Positions 39,301 to 52,926 of a stretch of 64,000 nt of DNA are shown here, piece after piece. Under the pieces are notes generated by a model that was not told the DNA's origin, searched no databases, and saw nothing but the letters and a program-made list of their open reading frames with translations. The position numbers and the translations under genes were made by a program. Position 1 is the stretch's first letter; each line of letters starts with the position of its first letter. Where the stretch lies: positions 22,754,001 through 22,818,000 of the forward strand of contig OZ024747.1 in the NCBI GenBank assembly GCA_964016885.1, in the 5' to 3' direction. This DNA is from Eledone cirrhosa. Its lineage: Eukaryota.

Positions 39301-41014
39301 TAATGTTAGAAAATGTGGTGTAATTCTGTTTAACACATACTTTAATTTCAAGTGTTTCATATTGTCGCTTAGTCTTCATATTTTGTCTAGTTTTGTCTAT
39401 GAAATTCTTACATTACATTACATACATACATTCAAACATACATAAACACATGGTGGCTGCAAACTCTGCTAAGAGTATTGCAATTGCTTGTCAGATTAAC
39501 ACATAAATGCATACATATATAGACACATATATGCACACAGGCACATACAAACACAGACAGACACACACGCACATAAAATTTCATTAAAAAAAATCAGTAT
39601 AAACTTCTCCAGATTATTCTATTATTAACATTATTAAACCATTATTATTATTGTTATTATTATTATTATTGTTTCTTCTTCTTCTGCTACCACCAAAAGA
39701 AGAAGTTATTTGCTACAAAATACATTGTTGTTTTTTTAATGAATGTCAAAGAATGCAATTGTAGTTTGGTAGAAGGTGAATGTGTTTATTGTTTTTGTTT
39801 GTTTCCGCTGTTTTCCTTTTTGTTTAGTTAATAGGCATGTTGTTGGTTAGACGGTATAGCTTTCTCACTAACTGGCTAGCTTTCTCATGGTTTTTATTAG
39901 ATAACGTTTTTGCCAAGTGTTTCAACGAAGAAGAACGTAAAGCATATTATTTCACAGTTCTTTTTTTTCCACATTTTTTTTCTTTTATATTTTCTTATAT
40001 TTTTTTTTCTTATATATATTTTTTTCCTCTCTCTCATTTTCCTTTGTCTTTCTATGAGAGAATCTTTACATGTGTTGCAAAATATTTTGTTATAATTATT
40101 CCATGTTAAAGACATTATATGTAGTTACTACAGGAGGGCTCTCATTCTAACATTAGCAAGAGTCTGTGTCTGTTTGTAAATGCCTATTTAGAAGCTAATT
40201 ATGAACTTTAAAGCTGCATTTTGTTCAAAGTTCTGCTCTCTTAAAATATTTCTTGTCTCTTTTAACTGCCAAATATTTGAGTTATTTAGAATGATGTTTT
40301 AAACAATATTCTATTAGATTTATACAAATTAGAATAAATGCCCCTTGTTGTTTATAGTTAGTTAAAAGCCTACTAGAATTAAAGTATTATGGTATCTGCT
40401 GGTGGATTGGTAGAGTCATTCGAGCATCAGACAAATTCTTAGCAGTATTTATTCCGGCTCTTTATGTTCTAAATTCAAATCTGACTGAGGTCAACTTTGC
40501 CTTTCATCTTTCTGAGGTCAATAAAATAAAGGACCAATCCTGGGATGTCAAATACAAAAAAAAAAAGAAGAGAAGAAAAAAGAGAGACAAACAAACACAT
40601 AGACATACACACACATGTATATATACATATATTTATGGGCTTCTTTACAGTTTCTCTCTACGAAATTCACTCACATGGTACTTTCCCATGGTTCTGTACA
40701 GTTAGGCTAGAACCATAGACCATGTTTTTGTGAAGTAAACATATATCAACCACTCAGCAGCACCATCACCATCATCATCCACTTTCCATAGATATTGTAC
40801 AGGCTGTATTGAGACAATGTTTTACAGCTGGATGCCCAATCTGACACCAATCTTTTCAGTCATTTCCTATGACATACAAAGGACTCAGTGTACATATTTT
40901 AAAAACAGGGATACAGATACACATGGCATTATTTATTTATCACAATTAACAATTATATAGTACTTAAATTTTAATTGTTGAAATGTTATTTCTGAATTTT
41001 TTTCTTTTTAATAG

Positions 41015-41147
41015 GGTGGAAGCTGTAGATCATTATCTAAAAGGTCGGAATCAAGCAAGACTAGCTGATTGTTATTATTTGTTGGAGGATTTTACTGGTC
41101 TTCAAAAAATGGTTACCTCTTTACCGGAAAATCACGAGTTGTTACCT
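41015..41147 (+). CDS. WDR35: WDR35 exon ([13 protein letters not shown]...LPENHELLP)
   Basis: aatag| ... |gtaagt. Confidence 0.92.
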
Positions 41148-42119
41148 GTAAGTTTTAATTTTTAAATGTAGAGTATAGAATGAAATAGCTTAGCATTTTC
41201 AGGCAAAATCTTTATTTTTTTATATGGTTCTATTCTTTTTTAATGATTTTTTTTGTCACATATTTCTCAGCTTATATATGAATATATACAGTAAAAAGAA
41301 ACTCTTTAAAATGGGTGGTTTTGTTTCATAGAATCCCAGGAAGTTTTGGATGGGTTGATATCAAATGATTTAAATAAAAACACTTTAAAATGTGTGGTTT
41401 TGTTTCATAGAACCAGAAGCAGTTTGGGGTGTGTTGGTATCAAAAGAGTTAGATTGTTTTGCTTGTGAATATGTTTCGTTTGTGAGATGTCAAGATGTTT
41501 TGTTATGAGAAATCTAAGAGGCATATCTGATAATATAAGATGTAAATTTGATAGTGTTCTTACTGATAAAATGTGGGTGGATCATAGCAAAAACACCAGT
41601 AGTATTTCAGGATATGAATGTAAAGTGACAGATAATAAGGGAAAAAAACATTCCTCATAAATTTTTTTCTCTTCTTTTCTTGTTTTTTTTTATCAAATAT
41701 TTAGTTTGGTTTCATATACAATTAATATGTAATGCATTTGTCTGAATGTTTCACTTCATATGTAACTGATCAGTCTGGCGAAGATGTAAAGTAGAAATTG
41801 AGATTGCTTACTGCAGTTGGTATTTAACTTAATTGGATCATTGCAGGTTGGTAGATGGCGGGTGTTGGTCAGTATCCAGATGGTTTCAGAGGGTGATACT
41901 TTGGGAAATGTAAAATGACTTCTTAAAACTTTCAGATATTTTTAATCTTTGAAACAAAAGCACCGATTTTAAGGTGTTCCTAGTTAACTCTTTTGATATA
42001 AACCCACCCCAAACTGGTTTGGGTTCTATGAAACAAAACCACCCATTTTAAGGGGTTCCTATTTAACATACATACATGATGGCCGCAAACTTGTGTTTGA
42101 GCATTGCCATCACCTGATA

Positions 42120-42310
42120 AAAAGCTGAAAAATGGGAGGCATGAATGTGGCTCTTTATACCAGCCAAAGACTTGCATCCTCTGGCACACACATGGCAACT
42201 GTAGGCTCCTCTGGGAGTTTCCACTGCTTGGTTCTCACTGTGTATTCTCATGTCTTTTAAGACCTCCCATGCTTGTACATTCCTTGCCACACACATACAC
42301 ACTCACACTA
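42120..42310 (-). pseudogene. Degenerate C2H2 zinc-finger remnant, probably a LINE C-terminus
   Basis: YSCHVCARGCKSLAGIKSHIHA, preceded in another frame by CGKECTSMGGLKRH. Confidence 0.4.
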
Positions 42311-42444
42311 TTAAGAGGCAGCATATGCCCAGTAAAAAAATTTGCTATATCAGTCTCTGTAAGATCACTGTATATTGGCAACATTTATTTAAAAATTCTT
42401 CAATTTCGATCAATAATTTGGATATTTCTTTCTGCATCTTCCAG

Positions 42445-42507
42445 AATATTGGTGACATGTTTATCACTATTGGTATGTGTGAACAGGCTGTTGAGGCTTA
42501 TGTCAAG
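42445..42507 (+). CDS. WDR35: WDR35 exon (NIGDMFITIGMCEQAVEAYVK)
   Basis: ttccag| ... |gtttgt. Confidence 0.9.
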
Positions 42508-43336
42508 GTTTGTATTGGTTTTTTTAATTTTATTTACATTTTTTTAAAGAATTTTTCACGGTCCTCTGACCTGATCTGGCGCAATGGGTCAGCTCCTCCT
42601 ATGCAAGCTTGCGTGGAAAATAGACAGTAAACGATGATGATGATGAATACTTTCCTGATCCTGAAAGAGACTTTGGCTGTGGTCAGTATTCACTTGGCAA
42701 CAGCAGACACTGGTTTTAACTGTTATGACAGTAGTACAAAGAAGTCCTGATAACTGCTACTTAATTTGGGTAACAAATGATTTGGTTGTTTATATAAAAT
42801 ATATGAAACATGTATTAGAACTATGATACTGCAGCATGGCCAGTGAATGTAAAGTATCTGTTTTTTTTCCCTGTAATTCCTGGTGAAGTTGCAGGAGTGC
42901 TGTAGTGACATACAGCATGTCTTGGACTTCTTAAACTGGTAGAGCTCACCCCTTTTCCAGATCTGAACACAGCCGACTTTTTCCAGAGAAGGGAAGAGAG
43001 TGATGGAGAAAGAGATGTTAAAGAAGATGATGATGATTAGAGTGTAGGACAAACTGCCTTGTGACATCATCCTTTAACTTATTTAATAGATGTGAGCAAG
43101 ACAAGGTCACCTGACCTGGCACTGCCCGCAACAGGACAACCCATGCTAGTGTAGAAGAGTGGACGTAAAATGGTGATGATGATGATGTATATGAAGACAT
43201 ATATGATATGTTTATGTATAATAAACATACAAGAGTCTCATGAATGTTTTAAGCTGAGCATCTCCAACCAATGTTTCATATGCAATATTGCATATAAGCT
43301 ATAGCTTATTCTTGTCTCCATACTGAGTAAGTAAAC

Positions 43337-43377
43337 ATCACTGATGATGGATAAAAATTCTGAAATATGTGTCTGAT
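43337..43377 (+). ncRNA. Minimal type I hammerhead-like motif inside an inverted-arm element (43191-43433)
   Basis: ATCA CTGATGA T GGAT aaaa ATTC T GAAA TATGTG TC TGAT. Confidence 0.55.
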
Positions 43378-43544
43378 CACAGCTTAAAACATTCATGTAT
43401 GTTTGTTATACATAAACATATGTATGTCTTCATGTACACCTCTATTATAAATCAGTTTTACTAATTTAGCCAAATTCATGTCATTGGATCAGATGAGTTA
43501 TTTTTGCTTCTAACTATACTAGCTTTTTGTTTGTTTCTCTGCAG

Positions 43545-43757
43545 TGTAACCGTGTGAAAGCTGCCATTGACTGCTGCATCCAGCTCAATCATTGGAACAT
43601 GGCTATAGATTTAGCAAGGAAATATTCTGTAAAAGATATTGACTCTATGTTAACCAGATATATGAGTCACCTTCTGGAGAAAGGACGTACTATGAATGCC
43701 ATCGAACTTTATTGCAAAGCTGGACACTATTTGGAAGCTGCAAAATTGTTAATGAAG
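43545..43757 (+). CDS. WDR35: WDR35 exon (CNRVKAAIDCCIQLNHW...AAKLLMK)
   Basis: ctgcag| ... |gtaaaa. Confidence 0.92.
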
Positions 43758-45652
43758 GTAAAAATTCTCAGCTCTTTTTATATCTTTGTTGTTGTTGGAC
43801 ATCCGTTGATTCAATCAGTGGGACTGCTTGCTCATGAAATTAACCTCTTCTGTTTTAAGAAATGGAAAAGAACCCGAGGTGATATATTTTGGGATATGTT
43901 ATACAAAATGTTTATACAAAAAAAGGTGAAACAATCATAGCTGGAGCGGTTTTGATCATAGGTCTATTTGGTTAGTGCTGACTTGGGGCTAAACAGCAAT
44001 GTAAAAATTCCATGAACTAAAAGAAATTTGAGCAAATGTCAGAGCCTCTTCTTAGTCACTAGAAATAGCAGCCGAATCTTCTTCAAATTACATTCCACCT
44101 TCTTAAAAAAGGAAGGATATATTAGATAATGCAATCCTAGATCACTGTGTGTCATAGAATCAGGTGTAGTTTCGGCATCAAAACAGTCCTGCTGCTAGGC
44201 TTTGGTATTTGTGGGCGTGAGAGGCTTTAGAATATTCTGGGTGGGCACTCTTAATTTTCTAGGAAACTATTTGACCAGCTTCTTTGGTTAATTTTTTTTT
44301 TTACAATTTATATTTTTCTTTCATATTTTGAGAAGAAAAGTTAGTAAAGTTAAGGGGTCAAGGAACTTATTTTTTATGAACTCTGTTTTCTAAATCTGAG
44401 GGTGCATAATTTGAAAAGTGGAGTGGAGCAGTGCCATCCAGTGCCTCCCTCCCATTTCAAAAGGGTTAAGTATCAAACTGTCTAATGTTCACACGTCTAT
44501 CTAGGTTGGAGCTGGGCTGTGATGTATAAAGTGAAGTGAATGAACTAGAATCAATTTGGAATTGAAAATGGGGGCAATCAGTTTGTTGAAAATTCACCTC
44601 TTTGTGGTACACTTCACAGCACACACATACACAGACGTAATTAGTTCTTTATTTAAACACTAATCCCTCCCATATTTGCTGTAGAGTTGGATGGGGTGGG
44701 GTGAGGGTTATAATTGATTGGATTAATTCCAGTGTATTTATTGGTGCTTGCTGTTATTAGCCACTGAGGGGTGGCAGGTAAGATTGGTTACTGTAGACTT
44801 CACACTCACAGACTTGTGGAATTAGACTATGTACTGTAAATTTAGTCTAGTGCATATATACACACCCACACACAGTGTGTGTGTCTGTGTGTACATCATC
44901 ATTATTTAGTGCCCATCCTCCTTGAGCACCCAGTGCACTCTGTAAAGTGCAAGAATGTTTGTGAGTGAGACACATCCTCCAGCCTATCTGAGAGGTCAGT
45001 AGCTCTGATTAAGTAGGGACTTGGTCTGGGCCAACCTGTCCAACTGTTGCTAGCAAGGAAATCAGATGTTAAATGAAGATGACACACACATATATATAGG
45101 GAAATCCAGCTGTAAAATCCTCGGTCAAATTCACAGTCTTGTCGGAGCAAGATATGGCTTAGTCTATTCTGGCCAGACTTGTCTCCCGACGTAGATGACC
45201 TGTCTAACCCATGCAAGCATGGACAAATGGATGTTAAACAGTGATGATGATAATACAAAGAAAGAGATGGAGTCAAGTTCTTCACTAGTTCTTCAACTTT
45301 ATAATTGTAAAACTATTTAGTAACTATAAACTCTCTATATAGCTCTCTACATACAAATAGAGTTATATATATAGTAAAAGAATGAAGAATAACATAGTCG
45401 GTTGTACAATAGGGTTTATTTAAAGTATTAACAATTGTTTCATTAGTCTGGTTTGTCTAAAAGTCGCTGATCGTTAGAAGTCACGTCAGTCAACTTTAAT
45501 TACAGTTGATACCCGACCAATATATATATATCCAGGTAAAAATCCAGTTCCAGGGTGAAAATCCAATGTTGGAATCCAATGCACATACATAATCTCCAGA
45601 TATATGTAACAGGCTAACCCATTTTTTTCTTTTTTTCTTTTTTTTTTTGCAG

Positions 45653-45793
45653 GAAGCCAAAAAAATTGCAAAAGTCTCCAAATTACTTTTGATGAAAAAA
45701 GTGTATGTTCTGGTAGGTTTACTAATGGAGAAATATCATGAACAGATGAAGTTTAATGTGAAAGCTAGAACTGAAAAGGGCAAAAAAAGTAGT
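45653..45793 (+). CDS. WDR35: WDR35 exon (EAKK...KKVYVL...YHEQMK...KKSS)
   Basis: Long T tract then gcag| ... |gtaagt. Confidence 0.9.
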
Positions 45794-46682
45794 GTAAGTA
45801 TTTTTGTTACCATATTTCTAATGAAAGACTGCCAATGTTTTTCAAATACTTTTGAAAATGATCAAGAATTTGGAAGGATTTAGTAATATAATTTAACTGT
45901 CTCATGATTAACCCTTTGGCATTTAAACCAGCTGTATCTGGCCAGAATTCTCTCACCTCTTTCTGTTCAAACTGGCCGTAACCGATTGCTCATACTTTTG
46001 TTAAGGTGTTGTTCTCAAAATAAATAATAGATTCGATAATTATGTGAAATAAAGTGTTTACCATGAAAATACAATAGTAAATATAATGTAAATGCTAAAG
46101 GGTTAATAGTATAACTTAACTGTCTGATTATTAAGCTGCTGTTTGGAATATAATTTAACAAATCTTCTCACATAAATGCTGGAAGGTTTTTAGATAAATA
46201 TAAAGCTGGAGAAAGAAAACAAAAACCTATCAGTAATTGTAAGTGGATATACATTCAAATCTCAGCTTCTTAGCAACACAAAATTATTACTATTATTATT
46301 TCTACACAGAAAAGGGCAGTGGATTGGCAGTATCGGTAGAGCATCGGACAACATGCTTTGTGGCATATAGTTACATCCCTTTACATTCTGAGTTCAAATC
46401 TACTGAAGTTAATTTTGCCTTTCAGTGTTATGTGGTTGATAAAATAATATACTAGTCAATTCTGTATGAGCAAGACATGGTCACCTGACCTGGCATTTCT
46501 CACAACAGGATAACTCGTCTAACCCATGCCAGCATGGAAAAGTAGATGTTAAACGGTGGTGATGCTGATTTAATCAGCTTTGCCTTTCCCTAAATTGTTA
46601 ATTTTGTGCCAAAATTAAAAATCATTATTTATTGAACAAATCATTGCACAAATGTCTCACTGTTTTGTATTTCATGCTGTAG

Positions 46683-46815
46683 GTATCTACACCATTGGAA
46701 GGGATCCTACAAGAAGACACAGCATCTATGAGTGACAGTAATCTCATTGATAATGCATGGCACCATGCTGAAGCCTACCATTTTTATATGCTGGCACAGA
46801 CACAACTGCAGACAG
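46683..46815 (+). CDS. WDR35: WDR35 exon (VSTPLEG...DNAWHHAEAYHFYMLAQTQLQT)
   Basis: ctgtag| ... |gtaagc. Confidence 0.9.
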
Positions 46816-47985
46816 GTAAGCTGTTGTTCCAAATATTATCACTAATATTTGCAAAACATCACCATTTGAACCAATGAAGGGTGTCTCTATGTGGTCATGC
46901 ATCATACTGGAAATAGCAACCAAATCTCACCCTATTATTGTAAAAAGGAATGGACACATTGTCCTGGATGTACTATGTCTTAATAAAAGATAAGATAGTT
47001 ACAGTTAGAATGCCCTTGATCATATGTCTACTCATCCAGGGAAGTACACTATGAAAATCTTGGATACACAAGAAGTGTGATGGGAGAGCAAGTAGACTAA
47101 CAGAAAAGAGAGATTTTGTATGTGGCAGATGTATAGGGACAATTGGTAGCAAGAATTTCAGTGAAATAAACTTTTTCCAATCCCAGGAAGGCTCCGTAGA
47201 AGTGGTTGATAGCTCTGCTACCTAGGTGGCCTAATTAGCAGTGGAGGAAGTTACTCTGAGAGGCAGTGAAAAGCTAGAATAAAAACAAAATGATAAACGT
47301 TCAGGGAGCTGTTACCTCTGATGACAGCAAAAGGTTTCTCTGACCACTCTTCCGTTCATAATTTGTTTAATACAACTCTTTGCTATGATCATCATAACAG
47401 CTGGCTGTTTTACAGCTATTTCTGCATTTGAGATTCTTACAATTTTATGAAATATTTACACACTCAATGCTCCAAATCATTTCATATCACAAACACACAC
47501 ACACACACATTTAAAGGCTGCAGTAGCAAACTCCCTTTTCCATTAATAGCCAACAAAGGAAGGCTGGCTATTGAAAGTTTAGTGACAATGGCAGTGTCCC
47601 AACATGGCCTCGGCCAGTTGGTAAACGATTAAAAAAGTAATGTGATGAAGGACTAGCGTCCAAAACGTTAAGACCCTCTTCCTGCTATTTCAATCGTTAA
47701 CCCAATATATTCTTTCCATATACTGTACTGATTGTGTTGTTATTTCTGTTTACCTTTTACATATATATATATATATATATATATTTAGGGATTGTAATAT
47801 CCAGTAACTGAAGGTTCACCAGCGTGAGCACTAGATACGTAGTTTCCAGTAAGTATAGAGGTGTAGTACTCAGTAGAGTGTAATAATATATGTATGTAAA
47901 CATATATTTATGTATATATATATGCTGTAGTCATACAGTTGTTGCAGTTTGTATGTTCTCCCAAATGTACTATTCTTGTTTAAAG

Positions 47986-48072
47986 GCTATGTTGATTCAG
48001 CAATGAAGACTGCTTTGGTTTTACGAGAATATGAAGATGTCCTTGAGCCTATTGACATCTATTCTTTGCTTG
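47986..48072 (+). CDS. WDR35: WDR35 exon (GYVDSAMKTAL...IYSLL)
   Basis: ttaaag| ... |gtgagt. Confidence 0.9.
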
Positions 48073-48881
48073 GTGAGTACAGTTTACAGAAAAATATTTG
48101 GTTAACTTCGCCCATGATATTGTATTTCCTGTTTGTTTTATTTGTTTAAGAAGAAGAAGAAAACGAAATGGTATGATGGCATTGTATTGGTTAGAAACTA
48201 TTTCTGGAGCTTGTTTATTGACTGTTTATGCTGGTGGATGAAATCACAATTTTATTTTATATCCACTGTGCCATGAGTTTCATTGATACCTTGTTTTAGA
48301 ATAATAAACATTTTCCAATTTGTTGGTATATTTTCACTGCCCCTTTGATTGTAGGTATATACCTGTATTTTATGAAGTTTTATACAGCTCTTTCATTCTT
48401 CACTAGCATTGTAATGACTTTCTTATCAGAATTTGAATTTTAAAGCTTGACTGATAGACATACATGTAATAAATCACCAAAATCACCATTTTATAGTGTA
48501 TGTATGTTGTTTGTATGGTTAGCATTAATCTGTATATTAATCTTGGCATTATGTTATGATATAAGTATCGCTTCTATCTTTAGAATTCTGTATAATACAG
48601 TTGTGTTGTCCATTAAGGTTCTCCTGTCTAACTTTTTTGTGGCCTGTTTGAAACTGCATAAAATACACATGCTTACAACAAAAGAGGTAGTAAAAATAAG
48701 TTAATAAAACTCCTGATGATGAGATTGTGAAAGTCTAAAAACAGTGACTAAATTATGGACTTTGTTGTTCCAAACAAACTATAAAGGACTGACAAAAAAT
48801 ACAAGAAAATTCTAACAAAAAAGTTAAAACTCAAGCATAGTCATGTTTTTCACAACACATATCTAAAAATAGCTGTTCTTC

Positions 48882-48949
<68 letters not shown>

Positions 48950-49055
48950 ACTATATCAAGTGTTAAAAACTAATAAATCATATATTGTATTGTTCTGTTT
49001 TATTTTTCTTTGTTGTGTTTATATATATAATTGTTGTTCATATAAATCTCTACAG

Positions 49056-49185
49056 CATTGGCGGCATATGCAAACGGTGCATTTGGTACATGTTCAAAGG
49101 CTTTTATAAAACTCGAATCGTTGGAAACCTTGGATGCTACACAAAGAAAACAATATGAGGAAATGGCATTTGAAATATTTTCCAG
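49056..49185 (+). CDS. WDR35: WDR35 exon ([24 protein letters not shown]...EIFS)
   Basis: ctacag| ... |gttgga. Confidence 0.93.
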
Positions 49186-49836
49186 GTTGGATACTTTAAG
49201 ACATTATATATTTTCATTTTTGTGAGTTGTTATGGTTGTAATTGAGGTGGGACTGGGGAGTTTGGAGATGGTGATGTGAGACCTTAGGTGTGTCACAAGT
49301 TTCTAAAATATTATTTATTTAATCATTGTAATCATCAGGCCTGTTGTCAAGGATGGGGAGGTGGGTGTGGGGCATTGGATGGCACAGTACCTTTACTTTT
49401 CAAGATTTAAAAAATAAAGTTCACAAATATAAAATGCCCTGAAATATGTTCCTTGAAGTCTTAACTTTATTACATATAAAAATGAGAAACCTAATCGCTA
49501 GAACAGCTATTAAAATAGCTGTTCTAGCGATGAGTTTTCTCATTTTTATATGTATTAAAATACTCCCTCTCTTCGGCTCGATCAGAGACAACATTGTTTT
49601 TTTCATTTAACTTAACTTTATTCATGTTCCTTCTCAAAACAAGAACAAAGAAGAAAAATAAATTTACAAAACAAACAAAAACAGTTAAATGAAGAAGCTG
49701 GTCAAAGATTTCCTTAGGGAATTAGTGTTTCCAAGAATGTTCTGAAGCCCCCCCCCCCCCCCCCCACACACACACCTTAGGCACTAACGCCTGGCAATTG
49801 TGTCTTATGTTTGATATTTTAAATGTTCTTTTCTAG

Positions 49837-49905
49837 ACACACTCCAAAGGATACCAAATACAACCAGGTTGAATGTCCTAGCTGTTCATCTAGCATGCCT
49901 GATTG
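49837..49905 (+). CDS. WDR35: WDR35 exon (HTPKDTKYNQVECPSCSSSMPDW)
   Basis: ttctag| ... |gtaagt; phase 2 at both ends. Confidence 0.88.
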
Positions 49906-50117
49906 GTAAGTATTTGCTATTGTTCTTTTTAAGATACTCTGCACCTGTCTCAAGACAAGGGGGTCATAGCAAGTTCTCATATCCAGATGTCATAGCCAAG
50001 GATGCTGGTATTCCCATTCTAGACCTAGTTACTGCCATGAGTGACAGACCCACATGGAGATCTATTGTTGAGTCTATAGGACAATGAAGTTATGTCTGTG
50101 GCAGTTGCTATTGAAAC

Positions 50118-50335
50118 ATATCCACTGAAGAACTGCGGTGAAGACAGTAGCTACAGGTGTTGAAGTATTTCCACCAAAGAATTGAGGTGAAGACTGTAGC
50201 TACAGGTGTCAAAGTATTTCCATTGAAGAACTGGGGTGAAGACTGTAGTTACTGGTGTCAAAGTATTCCCACTGAAGAACTGATGAGGTGAAGATGCTAC
50301 TGATATTGAAGTATTTCCACTGAAGAACTGAGGGG
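50118..50335. repeat. ~49-bp tandem repeat, ~4.5 copies
   Basis: tatttccactgaagaactg.ggtgaagactgtagctacaggtgtcaaag units. Confidence 0.85.
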
Positions 50336-52613
50336 AAAAAAAAATAAAGTTTTTTTTCTTCACTGGACTTAAAGTATCAGGCTTTCTACCATTCCTGGTG
50401 TTAATAGCAGGTTAATTGCTGCTATTGGTTAATATCAGAATGGGTTTTACTTTCAGTGTTACAAGTATTCTCAGTCTTAATATGAGTTTTTGAGTTAACA
50501 CCATTATTTTGGTTAATACCACACTTTGGATTATTAACATTATCAAAGTTTAGGTTAGCACACTTTTATTTGGAATTAATAGAAGTGATGATGATGATGA
50601 TATGGGTTAAAACCATTTCCATATGATGATAGATACATTATCAGATAATTAGTACCAAACTGTAACACTGGCCTTCATATCAGTAGTAAATAGACTCTCA
50701 GATTTTTGGAACTCGTGATTTACTATCTCATGTTACAATGGAAGGGTGGACTTACAACTGGCTTATCTGTAGCAAATTACTCAAAATTAGCTACATAGAA
50801 ATCTTTTAAAAAACATATTTTGTGTCAAGTAAATGAGAGTGTCACTTTGAGTGTCACGTTGTCAGATCTGGGTAGATATGGGTAGATTTGACAGAATGAA
50901 CACAAAAGAGTGGAATGTTGTATTTATTTATAGACACATTTAATCTCTTCCAGTATTGAAAAATAAATATAACCCTTTCATTGCCATATTTCTATGTTTT
51001 TCACTTAATGGAGTAAGTGATAGGAAAAGCACCCAACTATAGAAAACTTGTCACATAAATGGTTGGGAGGACTCTTCAGCTGTGTTAAAGATATGACAAC
51101 CTTCCTAGTGCTGGTATCATGATACAAGGCACTCAATAGGATGTGAGAATATTTTATAAGTAAAGTGTAGGCCTCTAGCCTGCTCGAGCACCTGGTAGAG
51201 TGAAGGAATGTAAGCAAGATGTGGACCAGCAGCCCATCTGAGAGGTCAGTAGTTCCATATGAGTACTGACTTGGTCTGCGATGACCCACCCAACCCTAGC
51301 AGGGAAAACAGATGTTAAATTATGAGGATGATGGGGATGAGGAGGGAGATGATGATGATGATCATCATCAACAATCTGAAGGGATTTAGTAAAACAACTA
51401 ACACTTATATTAAGCTGGAGTTTAGTACATAGCTTAACAGAGATTTTCTTTCATAACATATTTTATCTAAATATGAATAGATTAAAACAAGTTTGGTATT
51501 ATAGAATTGGTGCAGTTTTGGACAGGTTGATATGAAAAGGGTTAAGATGACCACAGTAGTGGTGGGGGTGATAGTGTTGAGAGAGGTGAAGATGATGGTA
51601 GTAATGGTGGTAACGACGTTAGTAGGGATAAAGATGATAGCAGTGATGACAGTGGTGTTGGTGATGAGGAAGGAAGTGTGTGTAGGTGATGAGGAAGGAA
51701 GTGTGTGTAGGTGATGAAGGTGGTGGTGCTGGGGATAAAGATGATAGTGATGTTTACATTTAGGACATGTAGCAGTTTAAAAGCACTAATAGCAGTAATG
51801 AACTCAAGCTGTTGCTGTTATATTCCTGATATCATCAGGATTTACAACTATAACATGAACCAGTAGGGTTAAGTATTAATGTACTTGTTCAATATAGGTA
51901 GGCAGCAAATTGGCAGAGTTGTTAGAATGTCAGACAGAATGATTTGTGGCATTCATTTCCACTTTCTGTGTTGTCTAAGTTCAAATGATACCAAGGTAAA
52001 CTATGCCACTCATCCTTTTGAGGTTGATAAAAAAAAGTACTTGTCCAGTACTGAGGTTGGTTCTTCTTATATTGTCATCATCATCACCGTTTTACGTCCA
52101 TTCTTCCATGCTAGTGTGGGTTAGACATGTTGTCCTGTTGTGGGCAAATGACAGGTCAAGTGACCATGTCTTGCTCATACAGAACTGATTTTGGTTTGAT
52201 TTCTACAGCTGGATGTCCTTCCTAACACTAACCTCATTTACAGTGAGTACTAGGTGCTTTTTTACCGTGGCACCTACACGACCACTCAACAGTGTAGACT
52301 GGGTGCTTATATATATATAACATGAGCCAGTAGGGTTAAGTATTGATGTACTTGTTCTAGGCAGGCAGAAAATTGGCAGAGTTGTTAGAATGTCAGACAG
52401 AATCATTTGTGGTATCTTGAAGAAATTGGCTAATCAGATCTGGAGAACAGATTGGCTCTGTCATTTAAAATGCCCAAGATGTATGTCATGGCACTGCCCC
52501 TACGACTCCATCAGGAATTATGGGTGGTGTCAGCAGTGATTATTGTTGTTGTTTCCATTATTAAGATTTCTCATTGCCCATTCTGTTTTATTGTTTTTGT
52601 TTTTGTTTTTCAG

Positions 52614-52779
52614 GACATGTGTGTGTCCAAGTTGTGATATAAAGTACCCACCATGCATTGTGAGTGGACGAACAATCATGGATTACCACTACTGGATGTG
52701 CAACAACTGCAAACACCGCGCCTATGAATCTGAAATTGTACAGCGCCAAACATGTCCACTCTGCCATTCACCATTCTAA
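52614..52779 (+). CDS. WDR35: WDR35 terminal exon (TCVCPSC...CIVSG...WMCNNCKH...CPLCHSPF*)
   Basis: tttcag| ... TAA; Cys-rich zinc-binding C-terminus. Confidence 0.93.
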
Positions 52780-52926
52780 TAAATATGCATAGAAATTTAC
52801 ATGCATGCATGCATACATAATTACCTTGTTGATGTTGTCTAAATTCCAATGGAAGAGTCTTGTTTCTGTGTTAGAAACCACTTTTCTCTCTCTATTGGGG
52901 AGAAATTAATAAAAAATAACAATAAA
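52778..52926 (+). promoter_or_regulatory. Candidate polyadenylation signals for WDR35
   Basis: AATAAA at 52778 (overlapping the stop), 52908 and 52921; which one is used cannot be seen. Confidence 0.4.

Larger units (their letters stand above)
974..52779 (+). other. WDR35: WDR35/IFT121 gene span (5'-incomplete), 26 coding exons
   Basis: Exons bounded by AG/GT join in consistent phase (3045 nt including stop). The peptide carries motifs I recognise from WDR35: [76 protein letters not shown]. Confidence 0.95.
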
